Positions 9,600-19,505 of a stretch of 64,000 nucleotides of DNA are shown piece after piece (the first letter of the stretch is position 1; every line of letters starts with the position of its first letter). Under the pieces are notes generated by a model, which saw only the letters and a list, made by a program, of their open reading frames with translations, was not told the origin of the DNA and searched no databases. Position numbers and translations under genes: made by a program. Location of the stretch: positions 960,001 through 1,024,000 of the forward strand of contig CBDCRW010000004.1 of assembly GCA_965221125.1 (NCBI GenBank), in the 5' to 3' direction. The stretch is from Alphaproteobacteria bacterium (GTDB lineage Bacteria; Pseudomonadota; Alphaproteobacteria; UBA828).

Positions 9600-11675
9600 C
9601 TACACCTCATCTATTCCTGTGGGGGCAAGGTTGCAGCTCGGTTTGCGCAGAGACAGCTTTCGCCCCGGTTGTTTGGTCGGCGGAGGGTCGGGAATCTCGT
9701 ACAAGTAGTCGGATCCGCCGGTGTAGGCGTGTCCGCGCAAGAGCCCGGCCTTGCGCCATTGGTTGACTGTGCCGACGGAGACCGCGAGGCGCTCGGCGGC
9801 CTCGTTGACCGTCAACAGCCCGCGATCGCGCAGCCGTTCATAGCGTGGCTTGAGAGCGTAGTTCGCTCGCAGCACCCCCACCAACTTCGGGGTAAAGGCG
9901 TGGCCGTAACCGCTTCGGTATCCGCGCTCGTTGAGGATTTTGGCGATCTCGCCATAGTTGTGGTCGTTCAACAGGCTGTCGACCTCGGCGACGATCTCGG
10001 CCTTGGTCTTGAAGGTCTCACATCCGAGAGGATCCGGCGCCCAGGTGAGCTGGCGGGTCGCGCCGCCGCGCAGACGCACCCCCAGGCTCCGCGTGGCCCT
10101 GGTCAGCGTCACGTCCTCGATCAGCAGCCGCGCCATCCGCTTGCGCTCGCGGTGCGGCGTCGCAGGATCGTTCCACAGGCGGGGGAAGTCGCTGGCCAGC
10201 GCGAGGATTCGCTTGCGTTGCCCTTCGTCCAACCCCTGGCCCGGATCCGCGCGGCTGCGCTCGAGCTCTCGCTGCGCCTCGTCCAGCGTCCGAAGCTTCG
10301 CGTTCCACTCCGCCTCCAGCACGTCGGCTACTATCCGGTTGTCGGGATGGGTCTGCATGAACCTCTGCCGCGCCAGGTCCGCTTCCTCGCGGGCGCGCTG
10401 CACTCGCTGAGCGCGCCACAGATCGGCCTCCTCGGCGCGCGCGGTGAGTTCGTCCTGCACCTGCAACGCCACCTCCAGCGTCAACGGCGTCATCAGCTCC
10501 ACCAGCAACTCGCCGACCGCGCGGTCGATGGCAGCGCCGGGGATGCTCTGACACCAGGCGCTCGCCGTCTGCGCACCTTCATGGCTGCACAGGTAGTAGG
10601 GGTGCAGCTCCTTTGATTTTTGCTTGTAGTAGCGCACCCCCATGCTCCGGCCGCACACGCCGCAGACAGCCAGTCCCTGCAGCAGTGCCGGCCCCTCGCG
10701 TGGGGGAGGGCGGCGCTCCGCGCCGCGCGCTCGGGCAGCATTGTTGTCGCGAAGCTGGCTCTCGTTCTGTTCGAACCGCTCCCAGGTGATGTAGCCCGGG
10801 TGCGCATCGCGCAGCTCCACCATCCATTCCTCACGTGGCAGACGTTGGGTCTCGACACCGCCGCCGGGACGCCGCCGGCTGCGGCTGCGCCCGTACGCGT
10901 AAGCGCCGGCGTATCGCGGATTGCGCAGCACTCGCAGTGCCCGCGCGAACCTCAGCGGCTTCCAATGCAGCTCGCCCTTGTGCGGCCCGTGGAGAGGACG
11001 GTAGGGGAAAAGCAGGTTCTCGGCCCTGAAATACTTGACCGTGGCATTAGCCGAGCCGAGCCGGGTGAAGGTATCGAAGAACAGGCGCAGGCTATGCTGC
11101 ACTTGTTCGTCGGGGTCGAGCACCACGTTGCCGAGCGGGTCATAGACCAGTCCCACCGGCAGCGGCAACTTCAACTCCCCACGCTTGGCCGCGTTCAGCG
11201 TCCCACCGCGCAGCCGGGCGCGCATCATGTGCAGCTCCGCTTCCGACATGGTCCCTTTGAGCCCGAGCAGGAGCCTGTCGTTGAAGTCTCCTGGATTGTA
11301 GAGGCCGTCCTCGTCGAGGATCAGCGTCTCGCTCAGGTCACAGATCTCGACCAGCCGATGCCACTCGGTGGAATTGCGCGCGAGCCTTGACACCTCGAGC
11401 CCGAGCACGATCCCGGCCCGGCCCAAGCTGACGTCGGCGACCAGACGCTGGAAGCCTTCGCGGTCCTTGTCGGCGCCGGACAGGCCCTGATCGCAATCGA
11501 TCACGACGACGTTCTCGGTCGGCCAGCCCAGGGCCACGGCCCGCTCGCGCAGCGCGTACTGGCGGCGCGTGCTCTCGCCATGTTCGAACACCTGGCGCAC
11601 GGTGGACTGACGCACGTACAGGTAAGCATCGCGGCTCAGGTGGTTCGCGCTCACCTTCTGATAGGCAGTGCTCAT
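9600..11675 (-). CDS. Large serine recombinase (resolvase + recombinase + zinc-ribbon domains)
   Basis: AYLYVRQST catalytic Ser, D.G.SG, LEVSRLARN, NPRYAG, CGVCG...YLC Zn ribbon, coiled coil and C-terminal HTH. ATG 11675 follows GAAGGAGA. Confidence 0.95.
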   Translation of the reverse strand: MSTAYQKVSANHLSRDAYLYVRQSTVRQVFEHGESTRRQYALRERAVALGWPTENVVVIDCDQGLSGADKDREGFQRLVADVSLGRAGIVLGLEVSRLARNSTEWHRLVEICDLSETLILDEDGLYNPGDFNDRLLLGLKGTMSEAELHMMRARLRGGTLNAAKRGELKLPLPVGLVYDPLGNVVLDPDEQVQHSLRLFFDTFTRLGSANATVKYFRAENLLFPYRPLHGPHKGELHWKPLRFARALRVLRNPRYAGAYAYGRSRSRRRPGGGVETQRLPREEWMVELRDAHPGYITWERFEQNESQLRDNNAARARGAERRPPPREGPALLQGLAVCGVCGRSMGVRYYKQKSKELHPYYLCSHEGAQTASAWCQSIPGAAIDRAVGELLVELMTPLTLEVALQVQDELTARAEEADLWRAQRVQRAREEADLARQRFMQTHPDNRIVADVLEAEWNAKLRTLDEAQRELERSRADPGQGLDEGQRKRILALASDFPRLWNDPATPHRERKRMARLLIEDVTLTRATRSLGVRLRGGATRQLTWAPDPLGCETFKTKAEIVAEVDSLLNDHNYGEIAKILNERGYRSGYGHAFTPKLVGVLRANYALKPRYERLRDRGLLTVNEAAERLAVSVGTVNQWRKAGLLRGHAYTGGSDYLYEIPDPPPTKQPGRKLSLRKPSCNLAPTGIDEV

Positions 11676-11974
11676 GCCAACTCTCCTTCCATATGGCCCT
11701 TGAGCATCGCGAGAAGAATGTCGATCAGCGACTTCTCGACCCCGCCGGGCAGCGGCTCGGTCGAGGCGCCGGCGCAAACGGCGGCCGGCGGGGCGGGCAA
11801 CTCGGCCACGGCGTGCAGCCAGGCCGCGACGCCGCGCAACGCCACCACGGCAAGCCCGTGACGGTTGTGCTCTGTGCCGGGCTCGACCGCATGACGGCGC
11901 AGCCGCTCGTAGCCGTCCCCATAGGCGGAATGTTCCAGCGGGAGCAGCCCGGCGAGCGGCGGCCGGCACTTCAT
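11672..11974 (-). CDS. Small accessory protein of the recombinase element (~100 aa)
   Basis: YERLR...GLAVVALRGVAAW motif. It has ATGA overlaps with the HTH gene upstream and the recombinase downstream. Confidence 0.7.
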   Translation of the reverse strand: MKCRPPLAGLLPLEHSAYGDGYERLRRHAVEPGTEHNRHGLAVVALRGVAAWLHAVAELPAPPAAVCAGASTEPLPGGVEKSLIDILLAMLKGHMEGELA

Positions 11975-12432
11975 CGGCTTTTTTTTACCTGCGCGAGCAT
12001 GCGGCCGATGCTGCGGCGATGGATGGTGATGCCAAAGCGCGCGCGCACCAGATCGACCAGCGCGGCGGCGGTCAACTCCGGCTGTTCGCTCTTCGCCGCG
12101 AGCAGCGCCTCGACCACCTCGTCGCTGAGCTTGTGGCGTCGGCGGGGTCCCGGCTTCTCCGGCAGCAGGCCCGGCAGCCCGCCCGCATCGTAGGCGCGCT
12201 GCGCCTGGTACCAGGTGGGCCGCGAGACGCCGAAGCTGGCCGCGGCGTGGCTCACCGGCACGCCGTCCTCGCGCACACGGCGCAGCATCTCGTACCTGAC
12301 CTGGACCAGGTCGCGCGGGTCGAAGAACGCGTTGGACAGGAACAGCTCGTCGCGCACCGTCTCCGCGTTCGGGTTGAGGCAGCCGTGCTCCTTGAGGGAG
12401 CGGGTCTTGGCGTCGGCGGGGCGTCTGGCCAT
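11971..12432 (-). CDS. Helix-turn-helix protein (IS630-like HTH region) of the recombinase element
   Basis: FFDPRDLVQVRYEMLRRV, AAASFGVSRPTWYQ, GLPGLLPEKPGPRRRHKL. Confidence 0.85.
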   Translation of the reverse strand: MARRPADAKTRSLKEHGCLNPNAETVRDELFLSNAFFDPRDLVQVRYEMLRRVREDGVPVSHAAASFGVSRPTWYQAQRAYDAGGLPGLLPEKPGPRRRHKLSDEVVEALLAAKSEQPELTAAALVDLVRARFGITIHRRSIGRMLAQVKKSR

Positions 12433-12614
12433 TGCGTGGGCTCCGGCGGCGGAGGAATGTAAGTATATTTATGCACACCCCTGGCATCGCATCAAACCCT
12501 TTCTTGCCCCATATCGACGAAAACAGGCCGAAATACCGTGTATATTGGTCGATCATGACCGCCCTTCCAGTCCATACGACAACCTCCGACCGCCAGGTAT
12601 GGACAAAAACGCTC

Positions 12615-12923
12615 TTACACATGCGGCAAAATCTCCTTGACACCGCTCGCGCCGCCGGCCGCCTCCTTTCCAACCCTCTCGCCGCCGCCCAAGCCATCCA
12701 GCAACGCCGACAACGTCAGCAGATCCGAGACACGGAACGCCGACCGGCCCGCCGCTACCCGCGCAAACGGATCCACCGCTGCAACGCTGGTAAAAGCCTG
12801 ACGAATCGTGCGCAGCGTCCCGTCGTCAGCCGTGTAATGGACCAGCCCCACCCCAAGCATCGACGTGGTCTCGATCAGTTCGAACTCACGTCCGAGAAGA
12901 GGATGAAACGGGTGCGTCACCAC
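12615..12923 (-). CDS. DUF5372 (Y4bD/Y4pK-like) protein; its native 5' end appears to sit at the other end of the element
   Basis: VTHPFHPL.G.EFE ... DPF...GRSAFR..DLL.L signature. The only local start is GTG with no visible SD (see findings). Confidence 0.75.
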   Translation of the reverse strand: MVTHPFHPLLGREFELIETTSMLGVGLVHYTADDGTLRTIRQAFTSVAAVDPFARVAAGRSAFRVSDLLTLSALLDGLGGGERVGKEAAGGASGVKEILPHV

Positions 12924-12975
12924 AAAGCGTTGCTGCTCAACGCATGAACGACGTGCAGTTGAAAGCCTGGTGCCG

Positions 12976-15331
12976 GCGCCTCGGACTCTGGGCCTCCGGC
13001 GAGACCCCCTTCGAGACCCGAACGGCCTTCGTCGCCGCCATGGAGGCCGGCGGCGTGGCGGCGATGGAGGTGGTGGCCCGCGACCTCAAGGCTTTGGGTC
13101 TCTACCAGGCCCGGGCCTTGAGCTACGACGGAGTCGAGGTCGACATCCTGGAACATCCGCTCACGCCGGAGCAGCGGCGCATCTACGACTCCTATGCGGG
13201 CGCCTTCAAGATCATCCACGCCAACATCCAGGATGCGCTGAAGGCGACCGGCATCGTCGACGGAGAGGCCACCCTCAACAAGAACGCCAAGTCCGCCGCG
13301 ATTTCGGCCTTCGAGGGCGCCAAGCAGCGCTTCTTCGGCCATCTGCTGACCTCCATGAAGTGCCCCTCGCTGATCCGCGCCATCGAGGCGGACCTCGACG
13401 GCGGACGGTCGGCGGTGGTGCAGCTGGTCTCCACCGGCGAGGCGCTGATGGAGCGGCGCATCGCGGAGATACCGGCCTCCGAGTGGGACGACCTCTCCAT
13501 CGACCTGACGCCCCGCGAGTACGTGCTCGACTTTCTCGAGCACGCCTTTCCGGTGCAGCTGCAGGAGCCCTTCGAGGACGATGACGGCAACCTCATGTCG
13601 CGCCCCGTCTTCGATGCCGACAACAACCCGGTGCTATGCCAGGAAGCCCTGGCCAAGCGCGACGCCCTGATCCAGAAGCTCGGCGCTCTGCCGCCGGTGC
13701 AGTCGGCGCTGGACCAGATCGTTCACCGCTTCGGGCACGACGCCGTGGCCGAGATCACCGGGCGTTCGCGCCGGGTGCTGAGGATCGAGGACGCGAAGGG
13801 CGAGCGCCTCGCGCTCCGATCGCGGCCCGCCTCCGCGAACTTGGCCGAGACCGCCGCCTTCATGGACGGGAGCAAGAAGATCCTGGTGTTCTCGATGGCG
13901 GGCGGCATCGGGCGCAGCTACCACGCCGATCTCGGCTGTCCCAATACCGAGCGCCGCATCCACTACTTGCTGGAGCCCGGATGGCGGGCCGACCAGGCGA
14001 TCCAGGGGTTGGGCCGGACCCATCGCACGCACCAAGCGTTCGCGCCGCTCTTCCGTCCCGTCGCCACCGACGTGAAGGGCGAGCGCAGGTTCATCGCCAC
14101 CATCGCGCGCAGGCTGGACAGCCTGGGCGCCATCACGCGGGGACAACGGGATTCCCAGACCGCCATGGGGGGCGACGACACCGCGCTGTTCAGGGCCAGC
14201 GACAACCTGGAGAGCCTCTACGCCAAGTCGGCGCTCAGGCAGTTCTACATCGCGCTTTGGCGGGGCCACATCGCGGGCTGGTCACTCAAGGACTTCGAGG
14301 AGGCCACCGGGCTCAAGCTCACTTACGAGGGCAACCTCAAGGAGGACCTGCCGCCCATGCCGCAGTTCCTCAACCGCCTGCTGGCGCTTCCCATCGACGA
14401 GCAGAACCAGCTCTTCGCCGCGCTCGAGACCCGGATCGAGGCCAACATCGAGATCGCCATCGAGGCCGGCACCTTCGAGCGCGGCGTCGAGACCATCGTT
14501 GCCGACTCTCTCTCGGTCGCCAGCCGCGAGTCCGTCTTCACCCACGACGGCTCCGGCGCCGAGACCGAGATCGTCGAGATCGCGCGCAAGGACCGGCTGG
14601 AGCCTCTCGCCGCCGATGCCGCCATCGAGCTCCACGCGACCACCTCCAGCAACCCGCCGCTTCTCATCGTCAACGCCCAGTCGAAGCGTGCGGCGCTGGT
14701 CATGGACGCGCCCGCGCGCACGCTCGACGACGGGGACGTGCAGGAGCGCGTGCGCCTGGTGCGTCCCGCCGCCCGAGAGACCATGGCCAGGGCGGCGCTG
14801 GAGGCCTCGCAGTGGCGCGCCGCCGGCGAGCACCGCTGGCGGGCCCTCTGGGACGCGGAGATCGCGGGCCTGCCGGCGCACCGCGAGTCCCGCTTCTGGC
14901 TGGTCGCCGGCCTGCTGCTGCCGATCTGGGATCGCCTGCCCGAAGAGAGCATGCGGGTCCGCCGCCTCGTCTGCGACGACGGCGAGCACCTGATCGGCCG
15001 CGTGCTCGGTCCCGCCGAGGTCACCCAGTTTCGTGCCGCGCTCGGTCTCGACGGCGGCCCCGGCCTCACCGCCGCCGAGGTCCACGACGAGATCATGAAA
15101 TGCGGCGCTTCCTTCCATCTCTCCAATGGCTGGAAGCTCGCGCGCCGCCGCCTGATGGGGGCCAACCGTATCGAGATCGTGGGCCCCACGGACGGCGATA
15201 CCGACGCGCTCAAGCGCATGGGCTGCATCGCCGAGATCGTCTCGTGGCGCACCCGACTGTTCGCGCCCGACCGCGAAACCCTGGAGCGCATCGTGGACCG
15301 CTGGTCCATCGCGGCGCCCGAGACGTCCTGA
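12976..15331 (+). pseudogene. Strawberry-notch helicase, 3' part
   Basis: RLGLW, MEVVARDLK, VAEITGR, GRSYHAD, LEPGWRADQAIQGLGRTHRT and GERRFIATIARRLDSLGA. This continues the 7420 gene. Confidence 0.9.
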
Positions 15332-15424
15332 CATCCTGCCGCCGGCGCCGATCCGCCGCACGGCGCACGTTGCCGCCCGCATCCGCGCGGGCGGCTCCGC
15401 CCCACCGCAACAAGGACATATTCG

Positions 15425-15685
15425 ATGACCACGCACGAGCTACCCGAGGAGCCGGTCTACGCCTTCGCGCCCTCCTACGAGCTGCCCGACCAGCCGCAGC
15501 AGATCCGCATCGTCTTCGAGGGAATGGACGGCTACATCCCCACCGCGCTCGTAGCGCTCACTCTCGCCGATGCGGAGCGGCTGTGCGACAGGCTTAACCG
15601 GCGCCTCGGACTCGACCGCGACGCCTGGAGCCGGCTGGTCGCCCGATCCATGGCCACAGGTCCCCGCGACGAGACCCTGCACTGA
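15425..15685 (+). CDS. Hypothetical protein
   Basis: AAGGA RBS and GC3-rich codons. Confidence 0.6.
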   Translation: MTTHELPEEPVYAFAPSYELPDQPQQIRIVFEGMDGYIPTALVALTLADAERLCDRLNRRLGLDRDAWSRLVARSMATGPRDETLH

Positions 15686-15858
15686 GAATTCGATCGTGGC
15701 CCGTCGTGCGTCCGGTCATGGCCCCACGGGCAAGCGAAAGTGGATCGAGCCGACTGGACGCTGCCGCCCGACAGCCGCCGAAGTACCACCCGCTTGCCCG
15801 ATGTCATATGCAGAAGTAAAAATGTACGACATTCCAACTCATGCCGCGCGAGGACGCC

Positions 15859-16152
15859 ATGCCCCTGGTCACCGTCAAGTCGAAGTTCCAGGTCACCATT
15901 CCCGCCAGACTGCGAAAGGGCATCGATCTTCGTGAGGGCGACATCATGGAGGCGACCCTCGTCGGCGACGGCATCCTCTTCCGCCCCAAGCAGGTGGTGG
16001 ACCGCGACGCGGCCGCCGACCGCATCGCGGCCGCGCTCGCCTCAAGACCGCCCTTGCCCGAGGACATCGGACGCTCCGAAGACGAGATCATGCAGGACGT
16101 CATCGCCGATATCGACGAATCGCGCCGGGAACGCCGCAGCCGTGAGACATGA
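15859..16152 (+). CDS. AbrB/MazE-type antitoxin
   Basis: VKSKFQVTIPARLRKGIDLREGD...DGILFRP. GAGGA RBS before ATG 15859 and ATGA overlap with the PIN gene. Confidence 0.85.
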   Translation: MPLVTVKSKFQVTIPARLRKGIDLREGDIMEATLVGDGILFRPKQVVDRDAAADRIAAALASRPPLPEDIGRSEDEIMQDVIADIDESRRERRSRET

Positions 16153-16541
16153 CGGTCGTCCTCGACTGCAACGTCATCGTGTCGGCGGCGCGCATCGACG
16201 GCACCTGCCGGGCAGTCGTCGACAACGTGGTACGGAACCACGATATCGTCCTCTCCGAGCCCGTCCTGGCCGAGTACAAGTCCGTCGCCGCACGGCCCAA
16301 ACACGCTGCCTACCGCGATGACTTGAAAGCGATGATCGGCGACATCGAGCGTGTAGCCGTCATCGTCGAGCCCTCCGATATCGCGTTCGGACTGCGCGAT
16401 CCCGACGACGAGATCTATCTCGCCACCGCGATGGCCGGCGGCGCCGTTCTGATCACGGGCAACACGCGCGACTTCACCGAGCCGCGATACGCGACGGTCG
16501 AGGTGCTCTCTCCACGCGCCTTCCTCGATCGGACCGCGTGA
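16149..16541 (+). CDS. PIN-domain (VapC-like) toxin
   Basis: VVLDCNVIVSA, RDPDDEIYL, LITGNTRDF, SP..FL. Confidence 0.9.
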   Translation: MTVVLDCNVIVSAARIDGTCRAVVDNVVRNHDIVLSEPVLAEYKSVAARPKHAAYRDDLKAMIGDIERVAVIVEPSDIAFGLRDPDDEIYLATAMAGGAVLITGNTRDFTEPRYATVEVLSPRAFLDRTA

Positions 16542-16817
16542 ACGGCGCCGCTGCGGACTCACGCCCCCTCCCTGCCAGCCTCTGCCCGCCGCGCCCCTAC
16601 CGGCGCGCTCATCCCGCGCTTTGGCGGTCTCGTTCCTGCACGCAGGACACGCATTGCCGATCCGTGACCCGGCCGCGCCGCACCTGTCCCACCTGCCGGC
16701 GACGGCTGCTCCCCTCCCCGGCGATCCGACGAGCGCCGTCGCCGCTATCGCGGACCCGCGAGGAGAGTGGGTGACGAGCTTCCTTCGGGTGAAGCCATCC
16801 GAGGAGGGAGAGAACCC

Positions 16818-17363
16818 GTGACTCAGCTCGTCTATGCCGGCATCGGATCGCGCGCCACGCCATCGTCCGTGCTCGAAGTCATGACCACCATGGCCGCCTG
16901 GCTCGCACGCCGCGGCTGGCATCTGCATAGCGGCGGCGCGGCGGGGGCCGACACGGCCTTTGCGGCGGGAGCCCCGGCCGAGTGCCGTTCCGTGTTCCTG
17001 CCGTGGCCCGGATACCGCGGGAACGCGGGACCCGACTGCTGCACCCTCTCGCCCAACCGGATGCGCACCTGCCTCGCCATCGCCGCCGATCTGCATCCCG
17101 CATGGCACCGCTGCTCGCCCGCGGCGCGGAAGCTCCACGCCCGGAACGTGAGCATCCTCGCGGTGGACACCGACACGCCCGTCCATGCCGTGGTGGCGTG
17201 GACCGTCGGCGGAGCGGTGCGCGGCGGCACCGGGATGGGCATCCGCATCGCGCACGATCGCGGTATTCCCGTGTTGAACCTCGGCGTGCTCCACCCCCGT
17301 GCCGTGTGCGAGCGGTTGGAGGAGATCCGCGCCGCGGCATTCCCCGACACCCGCCGCGCCTGA
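16818..17363 (+). CDS. SLOG-superfamily (DprA-like) protein
   Basis: YAGIGSR.TP, SGGA.GADTAF, HPAW, LHARN and GGTG.GIRIA. GTG start after a GGAGGGAG RBS. Confidence 0.75.
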   Translation: MTQLVYAGIGSRATPSSVLEVMTTMAAWLARRGWHLHSGGAAGADTAFAAGAPAECRSVFLPWPGYRGNAGPDCCTLSPNRMRTCLAIAADLHPAWHRCSPAARKLHARNVSILAVDTDTPVHAVVAWTVGGAVRGGTGMGIRIAHDRGIPVLNLGVLHPRAVCERLEEIRAAAFPDTRRA

Positions 17364-17395
17364 TCCGGCCCCCCCCTGGAAGATGGGAGCATGCC

Positions 17396-18115
17396 ATGAT
17401 CCGTTTCACGCACGGCGATATCTTCGCCCAGCCTGTCGAGGCCATCGTCAATCCCATCAATTGCGTCGGCGTCGCAGGCGCCGGCCTCGCCCTCCAGTTC
17501 AGGCGCCGCCACCCCGACGCCTTCCTCGCCTACCGCCGCGCCTGCGCTGAGGACCGGCTGCGGCCGGGCCGCATGTTCGTGTTCGACACCGGCCGCGACA
17601 GCCCCCGGTGGATCGTCCACTTCCCCACCAAGCGTCACTGGCGCGACCGCAGCGCGATCGGCGACATCGAGGCCGGGCTGCGCGGCCTCGCCGCGGCCCT
17701 CGCCGGCCGCGGCATCCGCTCCATCGCCATCCCGCCACTCGGGTGCGGGCTGGGCGGTCTCGACTGGCGCGCTGTGCGCCCCCTCGTGACCGCCTGTCTC
17801 GCGGACCTGCCGGGCACGGTCATCGTTCTCGAGCCGGCGCCGGAGGCGGAGCCGCGCGCAGGTGCGGGCGTCCGCTTACGGGAGGAGAGAGAGCCCATGA
17901 CGCGCGATACCACGAGCATCTTCGACCACGGCGCCACGCTGGTGCCCGATATCATCACCGAGGCCGAGGAGGAGCGCATCCTGCTGCGCATCTCCCAGGC
18001 GCCCTGGATGACCGACCTCAGCCGCCGCGTTCAGCATTACGGCTACCGATACGACTACAGGGCGCCGGGCAACGGCCGCCACGCCCCGGCTCCGCCCTTC
18101 CCGCGGTGGGCCACT
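17396..18115 (+). pseudogene. Macrodomain (DarG-like) in frame with the 5' part of an AlkB-family 2OG-Fe(II) dioxygenase; interrupted by the RIT element
   Basis: Macro motifs GDIF, AIVNPINCVGVAGAGLALQF, FPTKRHWR and SIAIPPLGCGLGGLDW. There is no stop before the AlkB part (internal ATG 17897 with a GGAGGAG RBS; RRVQHYGYRYDY). Confidence 0.85.
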
Positions 18116-18196
18116 AATGTGCTGGTGGACCATATGTTGCGGTCAGCCCGGTACCCCCCGGCCAGCGCGGAGAGGCCCGGAATCACCGCAACATTA
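18114..18196. repeat. RIT left inverted repeat (83 bp)
   Basis: Perfect reverse complement of 21444-21526. Confidence 0.92.
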
Positions 18197-18254
18197 TTTT
18201 CTCGCCAATGCTACGTGAGCATGATTGTGAGACCTGCAACAGGGAGCCACAATC

Positions 18255-19505
18255 ATGTTCGAAGAACTCTTCTCAGTTCCTCACGTCATCGAGAGATACC
18301 GCGTAGCAGCACTTGTCGAAGACCGGCTGCGATATCTCCAGCATCTAAAGGACACAGGTTCCGGTCGAAGAACCTTGAGGGACAACGCAATCAACCAACT
18401 CAGCTTGGTGCGCCTTCTCGATTTGAAAGATGGCGATAGAGTAAGTGTCCGCGAAGTCGAGCTCGCGGCAGCGAAGTGGTCGCAACCGGGAGGGCGTAGA
18501 TGGAAACGGGCCGCTTCATCCAAGAGCAAGTCAAGGTTTACGCATCACGCGCTCCAATGGTTACGTTTTCTTGGCGCGCTCGACGAACCCGATAACGTGC
18601 GTCATCCCTATGGTGACGAGGTTGCGGTATATCAGCAGTGGATGCGCGAAGAGCGCGGATTGTCCGAACAGACAATCCGCACCCAACTATTCAACGTCAA
18701 GATCTTCTTCGATTGGTTGGCGGTCAGTGAAACACCACTAGCTTCTGTTAAGGTGACCGATATCGACTCTGCCATTGCGGCGAGGCATGCTCAGGGAACC
18801 TGCAATCGAAGGACGATACACGACTACGCCCGACATCTAAAAAGCTTCATTCGTTTCGCCGAGGACCGTAGCTGGTGCAGGCCAGGAATGGCCAAGGGCA
18901 TAAGGCCACTAAGGATGTATCCCGACGAGACAGTGCCGAAAGGGATTAGTCGAACAAATGTCCTGCGCTTGCTGGAGACCACCGAAGGTAACCGGCCAGT
19001 TGACAAGCGCGACCGCGCTATTCTGATGCTGTTGATCGCCTACGGGTTGCGGGCTGGTGAAGTTAGTGCCCTACGCCTCGATGACCTTGACTGGGAAAAG
19101 GAGACCTTGACGGTCCGGCGTTCGAAGTCGGGGCGAACAAATCTCTATCCCCTTTCCCGAGGCGTCGGACAAGCGACCCTCCGCTACATCCTCGAGGTCC
19201 GTCCCAAGCGTCCTGAACGCACCCTCTTCTTCACCCTTGTAGCCCCTATTCGACCGGTCACCCCGGGGGCGTTGTGGGAAATCGTCAGCAAACGTTTAGG
19301 GAGCCTGGGTATTGTAACTGGACCCCGGGGACCGCACGCTCTGCGGCATGCGGCGGCCCAGCATCTTCTTGACCAAGGCATGTCGATGAAGGTGATTGGA
19401 GATTTTCTGGGACACCGTGACCCTGACTCCACCGCAACCTACGCCAAAGTGAATCTTTCCGCCCTTCGGGAAGTGGCTGACTTCGACTTGGAGGGCCTGG
19501 CATGA
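18255..19505 (+). CDS. Tyrosine recombinase (RIT A)
   Basis: RDRAILMLLIAYGLRAGEV, HALRH, LGH and TYAK. Confidence 0.95.
   Translation: MFEELFSVPHVIERYRVAALVEDRLRYLQHLKDTGSGRRTLRDNAINQLSLVRLLDLKDGDRVSVREVELAAAKWSQPGGRRWKRAASSKSKSRFTHHALQWLRFLGALDEPDNVRHPYGDEVAVYQQWMREERGLSEQTIRTQLFNVKIFFDWLAVSETPLASVKVTDIDSAIAARHAQGTCNRRTIHDYARHLKSFIRFAEDRSWCRPGMAKGIRPLRMYPDETVPKGISRTNVLRLLETTEGNRPVDKRDRAILMLLIAYGLRAGEVSALRLDDLDWEKETLTVRRSKSGRTNLYPLSRGVGQATLRYILEVRPKRPERTLFFTLVAPIRPVTPGALWEIVSKRLGSLGIVTGPRGPHALRHAAAQHLLDQGMSMKVIGDFLGHRDPDSTATYAKVNLSALREVADFDLEGLA

Larger units (their letters stand above)
9585..12975 (-). mobile_element. 3.39-kb large-serine-recombinase integrative element (four genes: DUF5372, HTH, small ORF, recombinase)
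   Basis: A CG dinucleotide is shared at both junctions (9583-9584 and 12974-12975), and removing the element restores the host frame. The two 23-bp arms (9585-9607, 12951-12973) form an imperfect inverted repeat around CG, as expected for attP. Confidence 0.88.

Noticed and set aside
9585-9708. C-terminal tail of ORF 7420-9708 and N-terminal MNDVQLKAWC of ORF 12944-15331
   Set aside because: Read-through into the inserted element; not part of the native helicase.
16982-18439. 485-aa ORF as one real protein
   Set aside because: The first 138 codons overlap the SLOG gene out of frame and the last ~108 run into the RIT end. Only 17396-18115 is credible.
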